Shown here one piece after another: positions 16,073 to 24,000 of a stretch of DNA of 24,000 nt. Under the pieces are notes generated by a model. That model saw only the letters and a program-made list of their open reading frames with translations, was not told where the DNA came from and did not search any database. Numbering within the stretch: position 1 is the stretch's first letter; every line of letters starts with the position of its first letter. The DNA is from Marinospirillum alkalitolerans (lineage in GTDB: Bacteria > Pseudomonadota > Gammaproteobacteria > Pseudomonadales > Halomonadaceae), in the NCBI RefSeq assembly GCF_045055655.1, contig NZ_JBANFI010000003.1, positions 151,350 through 175,349 of the forward strand, written 5' to 3'. The position numbers and the translations under genes were made by a program.

Positions 16073-18988
16073 ATGTCTTGGCTTCATACAAGCCGCCATA
16101 CCTTGCTCCTGACTCTTGGCTACCTTTTGACCTTCTGGTGCGCTCTGTCACTGAATGCCGCCTTGCCTGCTTTTTTCTTTTCCGTTTGGTTGCCCAGTGG
16201 GCTGGCTCTGGCCGGTGTCTTGCATTTTGGTTATCGCGCTTTATATGGTATTGCACTGGGGGCCTTGCTTGCCCATTTTTCACTGGCGCTTCTCACTCCC
16301 GCGCCTCTGCTAGAGTGGCCCAACCTGATCAGCGCTTTATTACTCAGTGCAACGGCAACAGGACAGGCCGCAGCCGGTCGGTGGCTGATTCTGCGACTTC
16401 AAGCCCATCCACTGAAAACATCCGAAAAAGGCAGCCTGATCCGTTTTTTTCTGTGGCCAGTCTTGTCACTTGCCGCTATCCACAGCTTGATGGATAGCCT
16501 GATATTGGCCCACCTCTTTGGTGATCCGCAGCTCAACCCGCTGATTTTCTGGTTCGGCTACTGGGCTGGCGAGGTGCTGGGATTGGCCTTGCTCACCCCC
16601 CTGCTGTTGATTGCGCTGCACTGGCGCAGCCAAACCCAGCCTAGCCGCCATCTGCAATCGACCCTCTATCAGCTGGGTGGCAGTCTGGCGTTTATTCTGC
16701 TGCTGCATCAGCTGCTACTGGTGCAGTTCACTCAGCAGGCACAGGAGCGCTTCAATCAGGATGTCGCGCTGCTCGATACCCAGTTACATCGCCTCTTCCA
16801 GCAGAATCTGGCTGATCTGAGCCAACTCGAACGCAGTTTTACCCGCCACTCTTCCGCACTGACCCCTTCTTTGTTTCGTGAGCTGACGCTTCCCATCTTG
16901 GCCAGCAATCCTTCTGTACTCGCCTACTCATGGGACCCTTTGGTGCATCAGCAAGAGCAAGCCGCTTTTGAGCAGCTCACACGCGCACTGCTCGGGCAGG
17001 AAGACTTTGCCATCTATGGTGCAGCACTGGATGAGCGCGACCCGTTAATCGTGGTGCAATTTGTGGAGCCACGTGCCACCAATCAAGAAGCCTTGGGCTT
17101 TAATCTGATGTCACTCGATGATCGGCGCGATTGGATTCTGCTGGCCCAATCCAGCGGACGTCCAGTGAATACCGATATTCTGCGTCTCACTCAGGCACCA
17201 GACGAGCCAGGTTTTCTGATCCTACAACCGGTTTACACCACCCAGTCCACCCAAGATCAGCAGTCGCCTTTAGAAGGCCAAAAAAGCCTGGTGGGTTTTA
17301 TGGCTGGGGTCTTTACCGTCAATCGCATGATTGAAGCCGCGCTGAGCGCCAGCCAACTACAAGCACTCAATCTACAGGCCTATCAAAACCGAGCGACAGC
17401 AGCCTTCTATCAATGGCAAGATTCTCAGGGCGGGTTAGATCGACTTCCCCTGTCATCCAGTCAACGCTTTAGCACCCAGTTCGCCTTACAGCTGGGCGAT
17501 CAGCAATGGCAGCTTCATATCCAATCCACACCTGAATATCTGGCTCTTCAGGCACAACAGCATCTACTGCTTTTTCATGCTTTGTTGTGCCTCAGTGCTT
17601 TTTTAGCCTGTGGCCTTGCCCTGCATCGTTATCAGCGCGAAGGCGAACTGGCAACGCGCGTACAGCAACAAACCCAGAAACTCAGCTTTCAGGCTCACCA
17701 TGATGCGCTGACCGGGCTTCCTAATCGCATCAGCTTAGAAAATGATATTCAACGCCAACTCAGCCAACCCTGCCCCCATCTGGCGTTGATCTTTATTGAT
17801 CTGGATCGCTTTAAACTGATCAATGACAGCCTAGGACATTTAACTGGCGATCATCTATTAATCGAGCTTTCTGCACGCTGGCAACAAGAAACCCAGCAGC
17901 ACTTTGCCCATTCTGCCAGCGAGGTCACCTTTTATCGTTTAGGTGGAGATGAATTCGCCTTGTTACTCAGCGCACCCGCTTTACAGCAGTGCCGTACTGA
18001 AGCCGAACAACTGAGCCTGCGCCTGCTTGAGCTGAGCCGCCACCCCATGCAGATAGATGGCTTGGTCTTACAAACCAGCATCAGCCTTGGCTTGGCGTGG
18101 ACGCCCGATCATGGACTGGATTTCAATAGCCTGGTACGCAATGCCGATACAGCCCTGCATCAGGCCAAGCGTTTGGGCAAGAACACCTACCAGATTTATC
18201 AACAAGCACAAACAGAGCAGATGCTGCGTGATTTTGAGCTAGAGCAGGAACTGCGCTTGGCGCTGAATACGCAACAAATCCAGCTGCATTATCAACCTCA
18301 ATATCACCTGACCACACGCGAACTCTGCGGACTGGAGGCACTGGTGCGCTGGCAGCACCCTGTGCGCGGTATGATTCGACCTGATCACTTTATCCCACTG
18401 GCCGAAGAAACCCAGATGATTATTCCCTTGGGTTGGCAGGTGCTTGATCAGGCTTGTCGTCAAACAGCGCAATGGTTGGAAGAGGGCTATCAAGTGCCCT
18501 GCGTAGCGGTCAATATCTCGCCTTTGCAGCTCTTGCAGGCTGACTTTATCGAGCAGCTGAATCTGCTGGTGGATTCCTATGGCCTACACCGTCAACGCCT
18601 CGAACTGGAAATCACCGAGAACCTGTTGCAGCAAAACCCAGACTTTGCCTTTCAGCAACTCAAATCACTGCGCCTCGCTGGCTATCGCCTTGCGCTGGAT
18701 GATTTTGGTACTGGCTATTCATCGCTGAATCGACTCAAGCTGATGCCACTGGATCGCATCAAAATAGATAAGAGCTTTATTCGTGATATCGGCAAAAACA
18801 CCAAGGATGATGCAATTATCCTCAGTATTATCAACCTGGGTCATAGCCTGGGTGTTGAGGTCTTGGCCGAAGGTGTCGAAACCGCACAACAAGATCGCTT
18901 CCTGCGTCATCATGGCTGCGATACGATGCAGGGTTATCTGCTTGGTCGGCCTGTGGCACAGCCTGAACTGCAGCGCCGCACTGGCTAA
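16073..18988 (+). CDS. Membrane sensor with MASE1 + CHASE + GGDEF + EAL domains (bifunctional c-di-GMP cyclase/phosphodiesterase)
   Basis: 971 aa. Multi-TM N-terminus typical of MASE1. A periplasmic CHASE-like block (AYSWDPLV...FVEPRATNQEALGFNL...ILQPVY) followed by a TM helix. GGDEF domain with an intact RLGGDEF site. EAL domain with EALVRW, ELEITEN, DDFGTGYSS, KIDKSF, EGVET and QGYLLGRP. Confidence 0.85.
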   Translation: MSWLHTSRHTLLLTLGYLLTFWCALSLNAALPAFFFSVWLPSGLALAGVLHFGYRALYGIALGALLAHFSLALLTPAPLLEWPNLISALLLSATATGQAAAGRWLILRLQAHPLKTSEKGSLIRFFLWPVLSLAAIHSLMDSLILAHLFGDPQLNPLIFWFGYWAGEVLGLALLTPLLLIALHWRSQTQPSRHLQSTLYQLGGSLAFILLLHQLLLVQFTQQAQERFNQDVALLDTQLHRLFQQNLADLSQLERSFTRHSSALTPSLFRELTLPILASNPSVLAYSWDPLVHQQEQAAFEQLTRALLGQEDFAIYGAALDERDPLIVVQFVEPRATNQEALGFNLMSLDDRRDWILLAQSSGRPVNTDILRLTQAPDEPGFLILQPVYTTQSTQDQQSPLEGQKSLVGFMAGVFTVNRMIEAALSASQLQALNLQAYQNRATAAFYQWQDSQGGLDRLPLSSSQRFSTQFALQLGDQQWQLHIQSTPEYLALQAQQHLLLFHALLCLSAFLACGLALHRYQREGELATRVQQQTQKLSFQAHHDALTGLPNRISLENDIQRQLSQPCPHLALIFIDLDRFKLINDSLGHLTGDHLLIELSARWQQETQQHFAHSASEVTFYRLGGDEFALLLSAPALQQCRTEAEQLSLRLLELSRHPMQIDGLVLQTSISLGLAWTPDHGLDFNSLVRNADTALHQAKRLGKNTYQIYQQAQTEQMLRDFELEQELRLALNTQQIQLHYQPQYHLTTRELCGLEALVRWQHPVRGMIRPDHFIPLAEETQMIIPLGWQVLDQACRQTAQWLEEGYQVPCVAVNISPLQLLQADFIEQLNLLVDSYGLHRQRLELEITENLLQQNPDFAFQQLKSLRLAGYRLALDDFGTGYSSLNRLKLMPLDRIKIDKSFIRDIGKNTKDDAIILSIINLGHSLGVEVLAEGVETAQQDRFLRHHGCDTMQGYLLGRPVAQPELQRRTG

Positions 18989-18990
18989 GA

Positions 18991-19126
18991 AACCTCTGAT
19001 TAACTACTGTGCTTGGTGATGCTACGTTAAAATTGGTCTCAAAATGCTCATTTACTCCGCGTAAACTCCGCTTTTTCGATCAATTTTGCCTTGCCTGACC
19101 TGCGCTCGTGACGTTGATCAGAGGTT
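18991..19126. repeat. Nested inverted-repeat element (about 136 bp) in the GGDEF-EAL / RND intergenic region
   Basis: Outer inverted repeat AACCTCTGATTAAC (18991-19004) versus GTTGATCAGAGGTT (19113-19126), 13 of 14 complementary. Inner inverted repeat AAAATTGGTC (19029-19038) versus GATCAATTTT (19078-19087), 9 of 10. The core contains TTTAC-TCCGC-GTAAA and a T5 run. Confidence 0.5.
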
Positions 19127-19271
19127 CCCTAAAGTGGAACACCTCGCTCTGGTTTAGGTCAAAGAGTCGGCCACGACACTGACATAGAATCGAGACAAGT
19201 CAATGCTAGACTCGATTCCCAAGCTGCTCGATGCGCCTCTTTTTGTTCTGCTTGCTACAAGGAATGCTGTT

Positions 19272-20396
19272 ATGTCTTTATTGTCTGGTCTGCGCCCTGC
19301 GCGTCACCAAGGCTGGATCTTCTCTTTATTGTCACCGCCACTGGTCTTGTTCTTGTTGTTGTGGACCAGCTTGTTTGCCCCACTGAGCTGGGCGCAGGCA
19401 CCGCGGGTCGCCGTCACACTGACTCAGCCTGAAGTCCGCTCGATTCACCAGCCCTTGTTTGCCAGCGGCCGCTTACAAGCTCAGCAGAGTGTCGACATCA
19501 AAGCCGAAGTCAGCGCGCTGGTCCTGGCCCATCAGCTTGAAGATGGTGCCCAAGTCGAGGCTGGCCAGCTTTTGGTGCAGCTGGATGATCGACGCCTGCA
19601 GGCTCAACAGCGTCAGGTGCAGGCCAACCTGAACGAAGCCACACAGCAGCTGGCACGCTTTGAGCGACTCATCCAGACTCAGGCCATCACCCAAGAACAA
19701 CTCTCTAGCCAGCAAGCACGGGTGGAAAGCCTGCGTGCAGAGCAGCAAGCCCTCAGCGCAGAGCGTGAACGCTATCGCATTCTAGCCCCTTTTCAGGGTC
19801 ATCTCGGCGAGCAGGATCTGGTCGTTGGTCAGCTGGTTGATAACGGAACGCGCCTGACCACGCTCGATCAACTCAACCCACTGCGGGTTGATTTCACCCT
19901 GGCTGAACAGCATCTGGCGCATCTCTACCCAGGGCAGCCTTTTCAGGTGCGCGTTGCGGCCTGGCCAGAAACCGACTTTGAAGGTGCCATCCAAAGTATT
20001 GGCACGCGTGTTGATCCCAGTACCGGACAACTCCAGATACGCGGCCGTCTCGCCAATCCAGACTTACAACTGCGGCCTGGCATGTTCGCCCAGATCCAGC
20101 TGCAGATACGCCCGCGTGAAGCCTTGACCGTGCCCGTCAGCAGCCTCAGTTACAATGGTCCAGAAGTGGCCGTGTTTGTGATCAATGCCAGCCAGCAGGT
20201 TCAGCGTCGTCTGATTCAGGTCGGCCGCATCACCGCCGACTGGGCCGAGGTCATCAGCGGCCTCCAAGCCGATGAGCAGATTATCCACCAAGGCGTCGTG
20301 AAGGTTCGTGATGGCATGTTTGTGCGTCCGGTCACTGCTCCTGATCCCCACCCTGAGACTCTCGCCTTGCAAGCCTCGCCGGCGGAGGGTGTCTAG
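19272..20396 (+). CDS. Efflux RND transporter periplasmic adaptor subunit (HlyD/MFP family)
   Basis: Start set at ATG 19272 (AAGGA 8 nt upstream); ATG 19203 is an alternative. N-terminal membrane anchor, a long Gln/Leu-rich coiled-coil hairpin (QLDDRRLQAQQRQVQANLNEA...), and lipoyl/beta-barrel blocks (ILAPFQG, LNPLRVDF). Directly followed by the RND pump. Confidence 0.85.
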   Translation: MSLLSGLRPARHQGWIFSLLSPPLVLFLLLWTSLFAPLSWAQAPRVAVTLTQPEVRSIHQPLFASGRLQAQQSVDIKAEVSALVLAHQLEDGAQVEAGQLLVQLDDRRLQAQQRQVQANLNEATQQLARFERLIQTQAITQEQLSSQQARVESLRAEQQALSAERERYRILAPFQGHLGEQDLVVGQLVDNGTRLTTLDQLNPLRVDFTLAEQHLAHLYPGQPFQVRVAAWPETDFEGAIQSIGTRVDPSTGQLQIRGRLANPDLQLRPGMFAQIQLQIRPREALTVPVSSLSYNGPEVAVFVINASQQVQRRLIQVGRITADWAEVISGLQADEQIIHQGVVKVRDGMFVRPVTAPDPHPETLALQASPAEGV

Positions 20397-20398
20397 TC

Positions 20399-23300
20399 GT
20401 GAAACTTTCTGAAACGGCGGTGCGCCGCCCTGTTTTCGCCCTCGTCATCAATCTCTTGTTGATTGTTTTTGGTTTGATTGCCTGGTCACAGTTGCCACTT
20501 CGCCAATACCCTGAGGTTGTGCAGCCGCGTATTACCATTTCGACCAACTTCCCCGGTGCCTCTGCCGAGGTGGTGGAGCTGCAGGTCACCACGCCCATTG
20601 AAGATCAGCTCTCAGGGATACAAGGCATTCGCTTTATTGAATCCAACTCGACCCGTGGCGTTTCACGCGTGGCGATTACTTTTGAAGAAGGGCGCGATCT
20701 CGATAGCGCTGCGAATGATGTCCGCGAAGCTGTCGCCCGTGTCACACGCCTGCTGCCAGAGGATGCCACCAGTCCGCTGGTGATGCAGCGCAGTCTGGTT
20801 GCCGATGCCATTTTGTACATTATTCTGGGCAGCGATCGGATGGATAGCCTGCAACTGACCGACTATGCCAAGCGCACTCTGCAAGATCGGCTCAGTCTGG
20901 TGAACGGCGTCAGTAATATCTTGCTGCTGGGCGCACAGGATTATGTGATGCGGGTTGAACTCGATCCACATGCACTGAATGCGCGCGGCCTGACCGCGAC
21001 AGATATCATCCAGCGCCTGCGTCAAGAAAACATTGAACTGCGTGCTGGTGAACTCGAAGGGCCACAACGCACCCTCCAGCTGCAGGTGGCGCGCGATTTT
21101 AATACACCAGAAGACTTCGCACGCTTAGTCTTGCGCACAGAGGATCATGCACAGATACGTCTGGGCGATGTTGCTCAGATCGGGCTTGGCGCACAAAACA
21201 CCAATCAGATCTTCCGCTCCAATGGACGCACTGTTGTGGGGCTGGCGATTGAGCCGATTTCAACCGCCAACCCACTTGAAGTCGTTCAGGCCGTCAAGGA
21301 TGAGCTGGAGCTGATTCGTCCTTTCTTGCCAGAAGGGGCCAGTCTGACCACCACCTTTGATGCCTCCTTGTTTATTGAAAGCGCGCTGACGGAGGTGCAA
21401 ACCACTCTGGTGCTGGCGCTGCTGCTGGTCGTCTTGGTGATCTTTATCTTCCTGGGTACACCACGCGCGACCTTTATCCCTGCCGTCACGGTGCCCGTTG
21501 CACTGATTGCCACTTTTATTGGTATCGATCTTTTTGGGTTCAGCATCAATTTAATGACGTTGCTGGCGCTGGTACTGGCCATCGGCCTGGTGGTCGATGA
21601 TGCCATCGTGGTCCTAGAAAACATCCACCGTCATTTAGATGAAGGCAAGCCCCCGCTGCTCGCGGCCTGGGTTGGGATCAAAGAGGTCGGCTTTGCGGTG
21701 ATTGCCACCACCTTGGTCCTGATCGCCACCTTTGTGCCGATTATTTTTCTAGAAGGCACTGTTGGGCAGTTTTTCCGTGAGTATGCCCTCACACTGGCGG
21801 TGGCCGTGGCTTTTTCCAGCCTGATTGCGCTGACATTAACCCCCGTGCTCTGTTCACAATGGCTGAAAGCCCATCCGCCCAAGGAGAAACAGCGCTGGCT
21901 CGCCCGTGGACTCCATTGGCTGGAGCAGGCCTATCAACGCCTGCTAGAAGGCGGACTCAAACAGCGTTGGATTGCAGCCGTGTTGCTGCTGATCAGCCTT
22001 GGGGGCACAGCCTGGGGACTGATGCAGCTACCGCGTGAGTTCACCCCTCAGGAAGATCAGGGTTCTATTTTTGTTTTTGTTCGCGGACAAGAAGGGGCCA
22101 GCGCAGAAAGAATGCGCGCCAGCATGCTCGAAGTTGAACAGCGCCTACTGCCCTTTTTAGATGGCCCCAATGTCAGCAGCATCACCCTGCGCTCGCCCGG
22201 CTTCTCAACTCAGGGGGATAACTCAGGCTTTTTGATTCTCAGCCTAACCCCCTGGAAGGAAAGGCCACAAAATGCCTTTGATCTGCTGCAAGAGTTGCGC
22301 ACCTTATTCCGTGATCTGCCTGATGTGATGATCTTTCCGCGCATTACCTCACCTCTTGGGCAGGCCAGTGGCAGCCCTGTCCAACTGGTGATCGGTGGCA
22401 GTAGTTATGATGAACTCTTCGGCTGGGCAGAGGATCTGCGTCAAGCCGCCAGTGATTTTGCCGGTATTCAGGATCTGGAGATCGATTTTGATCAAACCCA
22501 ACCTCAGATTCGGGCGCATATTGATCGAGAACGCGCGGCCCAGCTGGGGGTCTCGAGCCAAGCCATTGGCGAAGTGCTGGAAGTCATGCTCAGCGGTCGC
22601 AGCATCACACGCTTTGAAGAAAGAGGCCGCGAGTATGATGTCTTCTTAACCGGCGCGCCGAGTCGCTTTACCTCGATTGATGAGCTGGGCCAGCTCTTGA
22701 TCCAGTCCTCCACCAGCCAGCAGCTGATACGCCTCGATCAACTGGTCAGCTTTACTGAGGTGGGTGAGGCAGCCCGCCTGCCCCACTATAATCGCCAGCG
22801 GGCGGTGACTCTTTCAGGTAGCGTGGGCGAAGGCTATTCGCTCGGAGAAGCGCTCGACTATCTAGAAGCCCTCGCCATTGAGCGCCTGCCTCCCTATGCC
22901 GTCATCGACTACAAGGGTGAATCGCTGGATTTCAGAACCAGCTCCGCAGCCATCGAGTGGATTTTCATCATGGCGCTGATCATCGTTTATCTGGTGCTGG
23001 CAGCCCAGTTTGAAAGCTTTGTCCATCCCTTTGTGGTGCTGCTCACGGTGCCACTGGGGCTGGCAGGCGCCATGCTCGGCCTCTGGTGGTCAGGCAGCAG
23101 TATCAACATCTATACCCAGCTGGCGATGATTATGTTGATTGGCCTCTCGGCTAAAAACGGGATACTGATCGTTGAGTTTGCGAATCAGCTGCGTGATCAG
23201 GGTCTGGCTTTTAATGCGGCGATTGTTGAAGCTGCCCGCCGTCGTTTAAGGCCGATTCTGATGACGGCCACCACGACGCTGATTGGTACACTCCCGCTGA

Positions 23301-23494
23301 TGCTGGCCACCGGGGCAGGCGCGGAAAGCCGCCAAGCCATTGGGTTGGTCGTGTTCTCTGGCGTTGCCTTGGCAACAGTCTTGACGCTGGTGGTGGTGCC
23401 GCTGACCTATAATTTGCTCGCACGCCATACTGGCTCACCAGAGCGCATTGCCAATCAGCTGGCCAGCGAACTCGAACAGCACCCACCAGGCTGA
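20399..23494 (+). CDS. RND efflux permease (AcrB/AcrD/AcrF family, 12 TM)
   Basis: 1031 aa with a GTG start 2 nt after the adaptor stop. N-terminus MKLSETAVRRPVFALVINLLL. Conserved TM4 LALVLAIGLVVDDAIVVLENI and TM10-11 LSAKNGILIVEF. Two large periplasmic loops. Confidence 0.9.
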   Translation: MKLSETAVRRPVFALVINLLLIVFGLIAWSQLPLRQYPEVVQPRITISTNFPGASAEVVELQVTTPIEDQLSGIQGIRFIESNSTRGVSRVAITFEEGRDLDSAANDVREAVARVTRLLPEDATSPLVMQRSLVADAILYIILGSDRMDSLQLTDYAKRTLQDRLSLVNGVSNILLLGAQDYVMRVELDPHALNARGLTATDIIQRLRQENIELRAGELEGPQRTLQLQVARDFNTPEDFARLVLRTEDHAQIRLGDVAQIGLGAQNTNQIFRSNGRTVVGLAIEPISTANPLEVVQAVKDELELIRPFLPEGASLTTTFDASLFIESALTEVQTTLVLALLLVVLVIFIFLGTPRATFIPAVTVPVALIATFIGIDLFGFSINLMTLLALVLAIGLVVDDAIVVLENIHRHLDEGKPPLLAAWVGIKEVGFAVIATTLVLIATFVPIIFLEGTVGQFFREYALTLAVAVAFSSLIALTLTPVLCSQWLKAHPPKEKQRWLARGLHWLEQAYQRLLEGGLKQRWIAAVLLLISLGGTAWGLMQLPREFTPQEDQGSIFVFVRGQEGASAERMRASMLEVEQRLLPFLDGPNVSSITLRSPGFSTQGDNSGFLILSLTPWKERPQNAFDLLQELRTLFRDLPDVMIFPRITSPLGQASGSPVQLVIGGSSYDELFGWAEDLRQAASDFAGIQDLEIDFDQTQPQIRAHIDRERAAQLGVSSQAIGEVLEVMLSGRSITRFEERGREYDVFLTGAPSRFTSIDELGQLLIQSSTSQQLIRLDQLVSFTEVGEAARLPHYNRQRAVTLSGSVGEGYSLGEALDYLEALAIERLPPYAVIDYKGESLDFRTSSAAIEWIFIMALIIVYLVLAAQFESFVHPFVVLLTVPLGLAGAMLGLWWSGSSINIYTQLAMIMLIGLSAKNGILIVEFANQLRDQGLAFNAAIVEAARRRLRPILMTATTTLIGTLPLMLATGAGAESRQAIGLVVFSGVALATVLTLVVVPLTYNLLARHTGSPERIANQLASELEQHPPG

Positions 23495-23513
23495 TCGGCT
23501 TCGCCATTGAAAA

Positions 23514-23535
23514 GGCCACCGCAACAAGGGTGGCC
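23514..23535 (-). terminator. Intrinsic terminator between the convergent RND and aminopeptidase genes (U-tract on the minus-strand transcript)
   Basis: Stem GGCCACC (23514-23520) / GGTGGCC (23529-23535). Read on the minus strand it is followed by TTTTC (23513-23509). There is no T-run on the plus strand. Confidence 0.6.
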
Positions 23536-23552
23536 TCCATCAGCTCGGCTGA

Positions 23553-24000
23553 CTACACAGACGGCTGTATTTTCAATTCCTTCTGCTGCATAAAAACACA
23601 CAGCGCACGATAGAGATACCAAGCATCCAAAGCCCCCGCTGTTTCGCGGATCGAATGCATACCCCACTGGGGCACCCCCACATCTACCACGCGCACACCC
23701 AGTTGAGTGGCACTAATTGGGCCTATCGTGCTACCACAGGCCATATCCGAGCGCACCACAAAGCGCTGCACTGGCACACCTGCCTCACGACAAAAGCCTG
23801 CAAACAAGGCCGCTGTTTCACTGCTGGTCGCATAGCGCTGATTGGCATTGTGCTTGATCACTGGGCCAGCATTGAGTTGGGGGCCATGTTTTTCATCATG
23901 GCGATCTGGATAATTGGGATGGATCGCATGGGCATTATCTGCCGAAACCAGCATCGACTGTGCCATCAAGCGCTGATAAGCCAGCTGATCGCCCGCCAAA
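23553..24000 (-). CDS. M18-family aminopeptidase (aspartyl aminopeptidase/ApeB-like), C-terminal part; the N-terminus lies beyond the window
   Basis: The minus-strand frame is open to the window edge. C-terminal M18 blocks SADNAHAIHPNY, GPVIKHNANQRYAT, ACGSTIGPI and GVPQWGMHSIRE (metal- and substrate-binding His residues). Confidence 0.8.
   Translation of the reverse strand, partial: LAGDQLAYQRLMAQSMLVSADNAHAIHPNYPDRHDEKHGPQLNAGPVIKHNANQRYATSSETAALFAGFCREAGVPVQRFVVRSDMACGSTIGPISATQLGVRVVDVGVPQWGMHSIRETAGALDAWYLYRALCVFMQQKELKIQPSV

Noticed and set aside
19058-19065. Shared CGCGTAAA 8-mer and loose flanking similarity between the nested-inverted-repeat core and the DNA just upstream of the decarboxylase start (11478-11485). 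This hinted that the inverted-repeat element might be related to the ISC right end.
   Set aside because: Similarity beyond the 8-mer is patchy (about 5 of 8 flanking positions). That is compatible with chance in 24 kb and would need a genome-wide repeat search to be taken seriously.

Overview
Chromosomal segment, probably from a gammaproteobacterium (Pseudomonas/Oceanospirillales-like gene content; this is a guess from protein similarity). Most of it is ordinary housekeeping. Left to right: cmoB (5'-truncated), fpr, a periplasmic sulfur-oxidation cluster (monoheme cytochrome c + flavocytochrome c sulfide dehydrogenase flavoprotein, a YeeE/YedE channel, a fused SoxY-SoxZ carrier), the sulfate ABC importer (sbp/cysP-cysT-cysW-cysA), an LdcA-like Orn/Lys/Arg decarboxylase, deaD (minus strand), a MASE1-CHASE-GGDEF-EAL c-di-GMP protein, an RND efflux pair (adaptor + pump) and a 3' fragment of an M18 aminopeptidase (minus strand). 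The accessory element sits in the cysA-decarboxylase intergenic gap. It is a 451-aa IscB-type RNA-guided nuclease (PLMP, split RuvC, Arg-rich bridge helix, inserted HNH, C-terminal barrel). Directly upstream is about 330 nt of ORF-free, densely stem-looped DNA that looks like its omegaRNA (HEARO-type) scaffold. Together this is an OMEGA / IS200-IS605-family (ISC) module with no tnpA and no CRISPR array in the window. Secondary points: the SoxY-SoxZ fusion with an internalised carrier cysteine, a nested inverted-repeat element after the GGDEF-EAL gene, and several clear intrinsic terminators. All calls rest on reading the translations and the DNA by eye; no searches were run.
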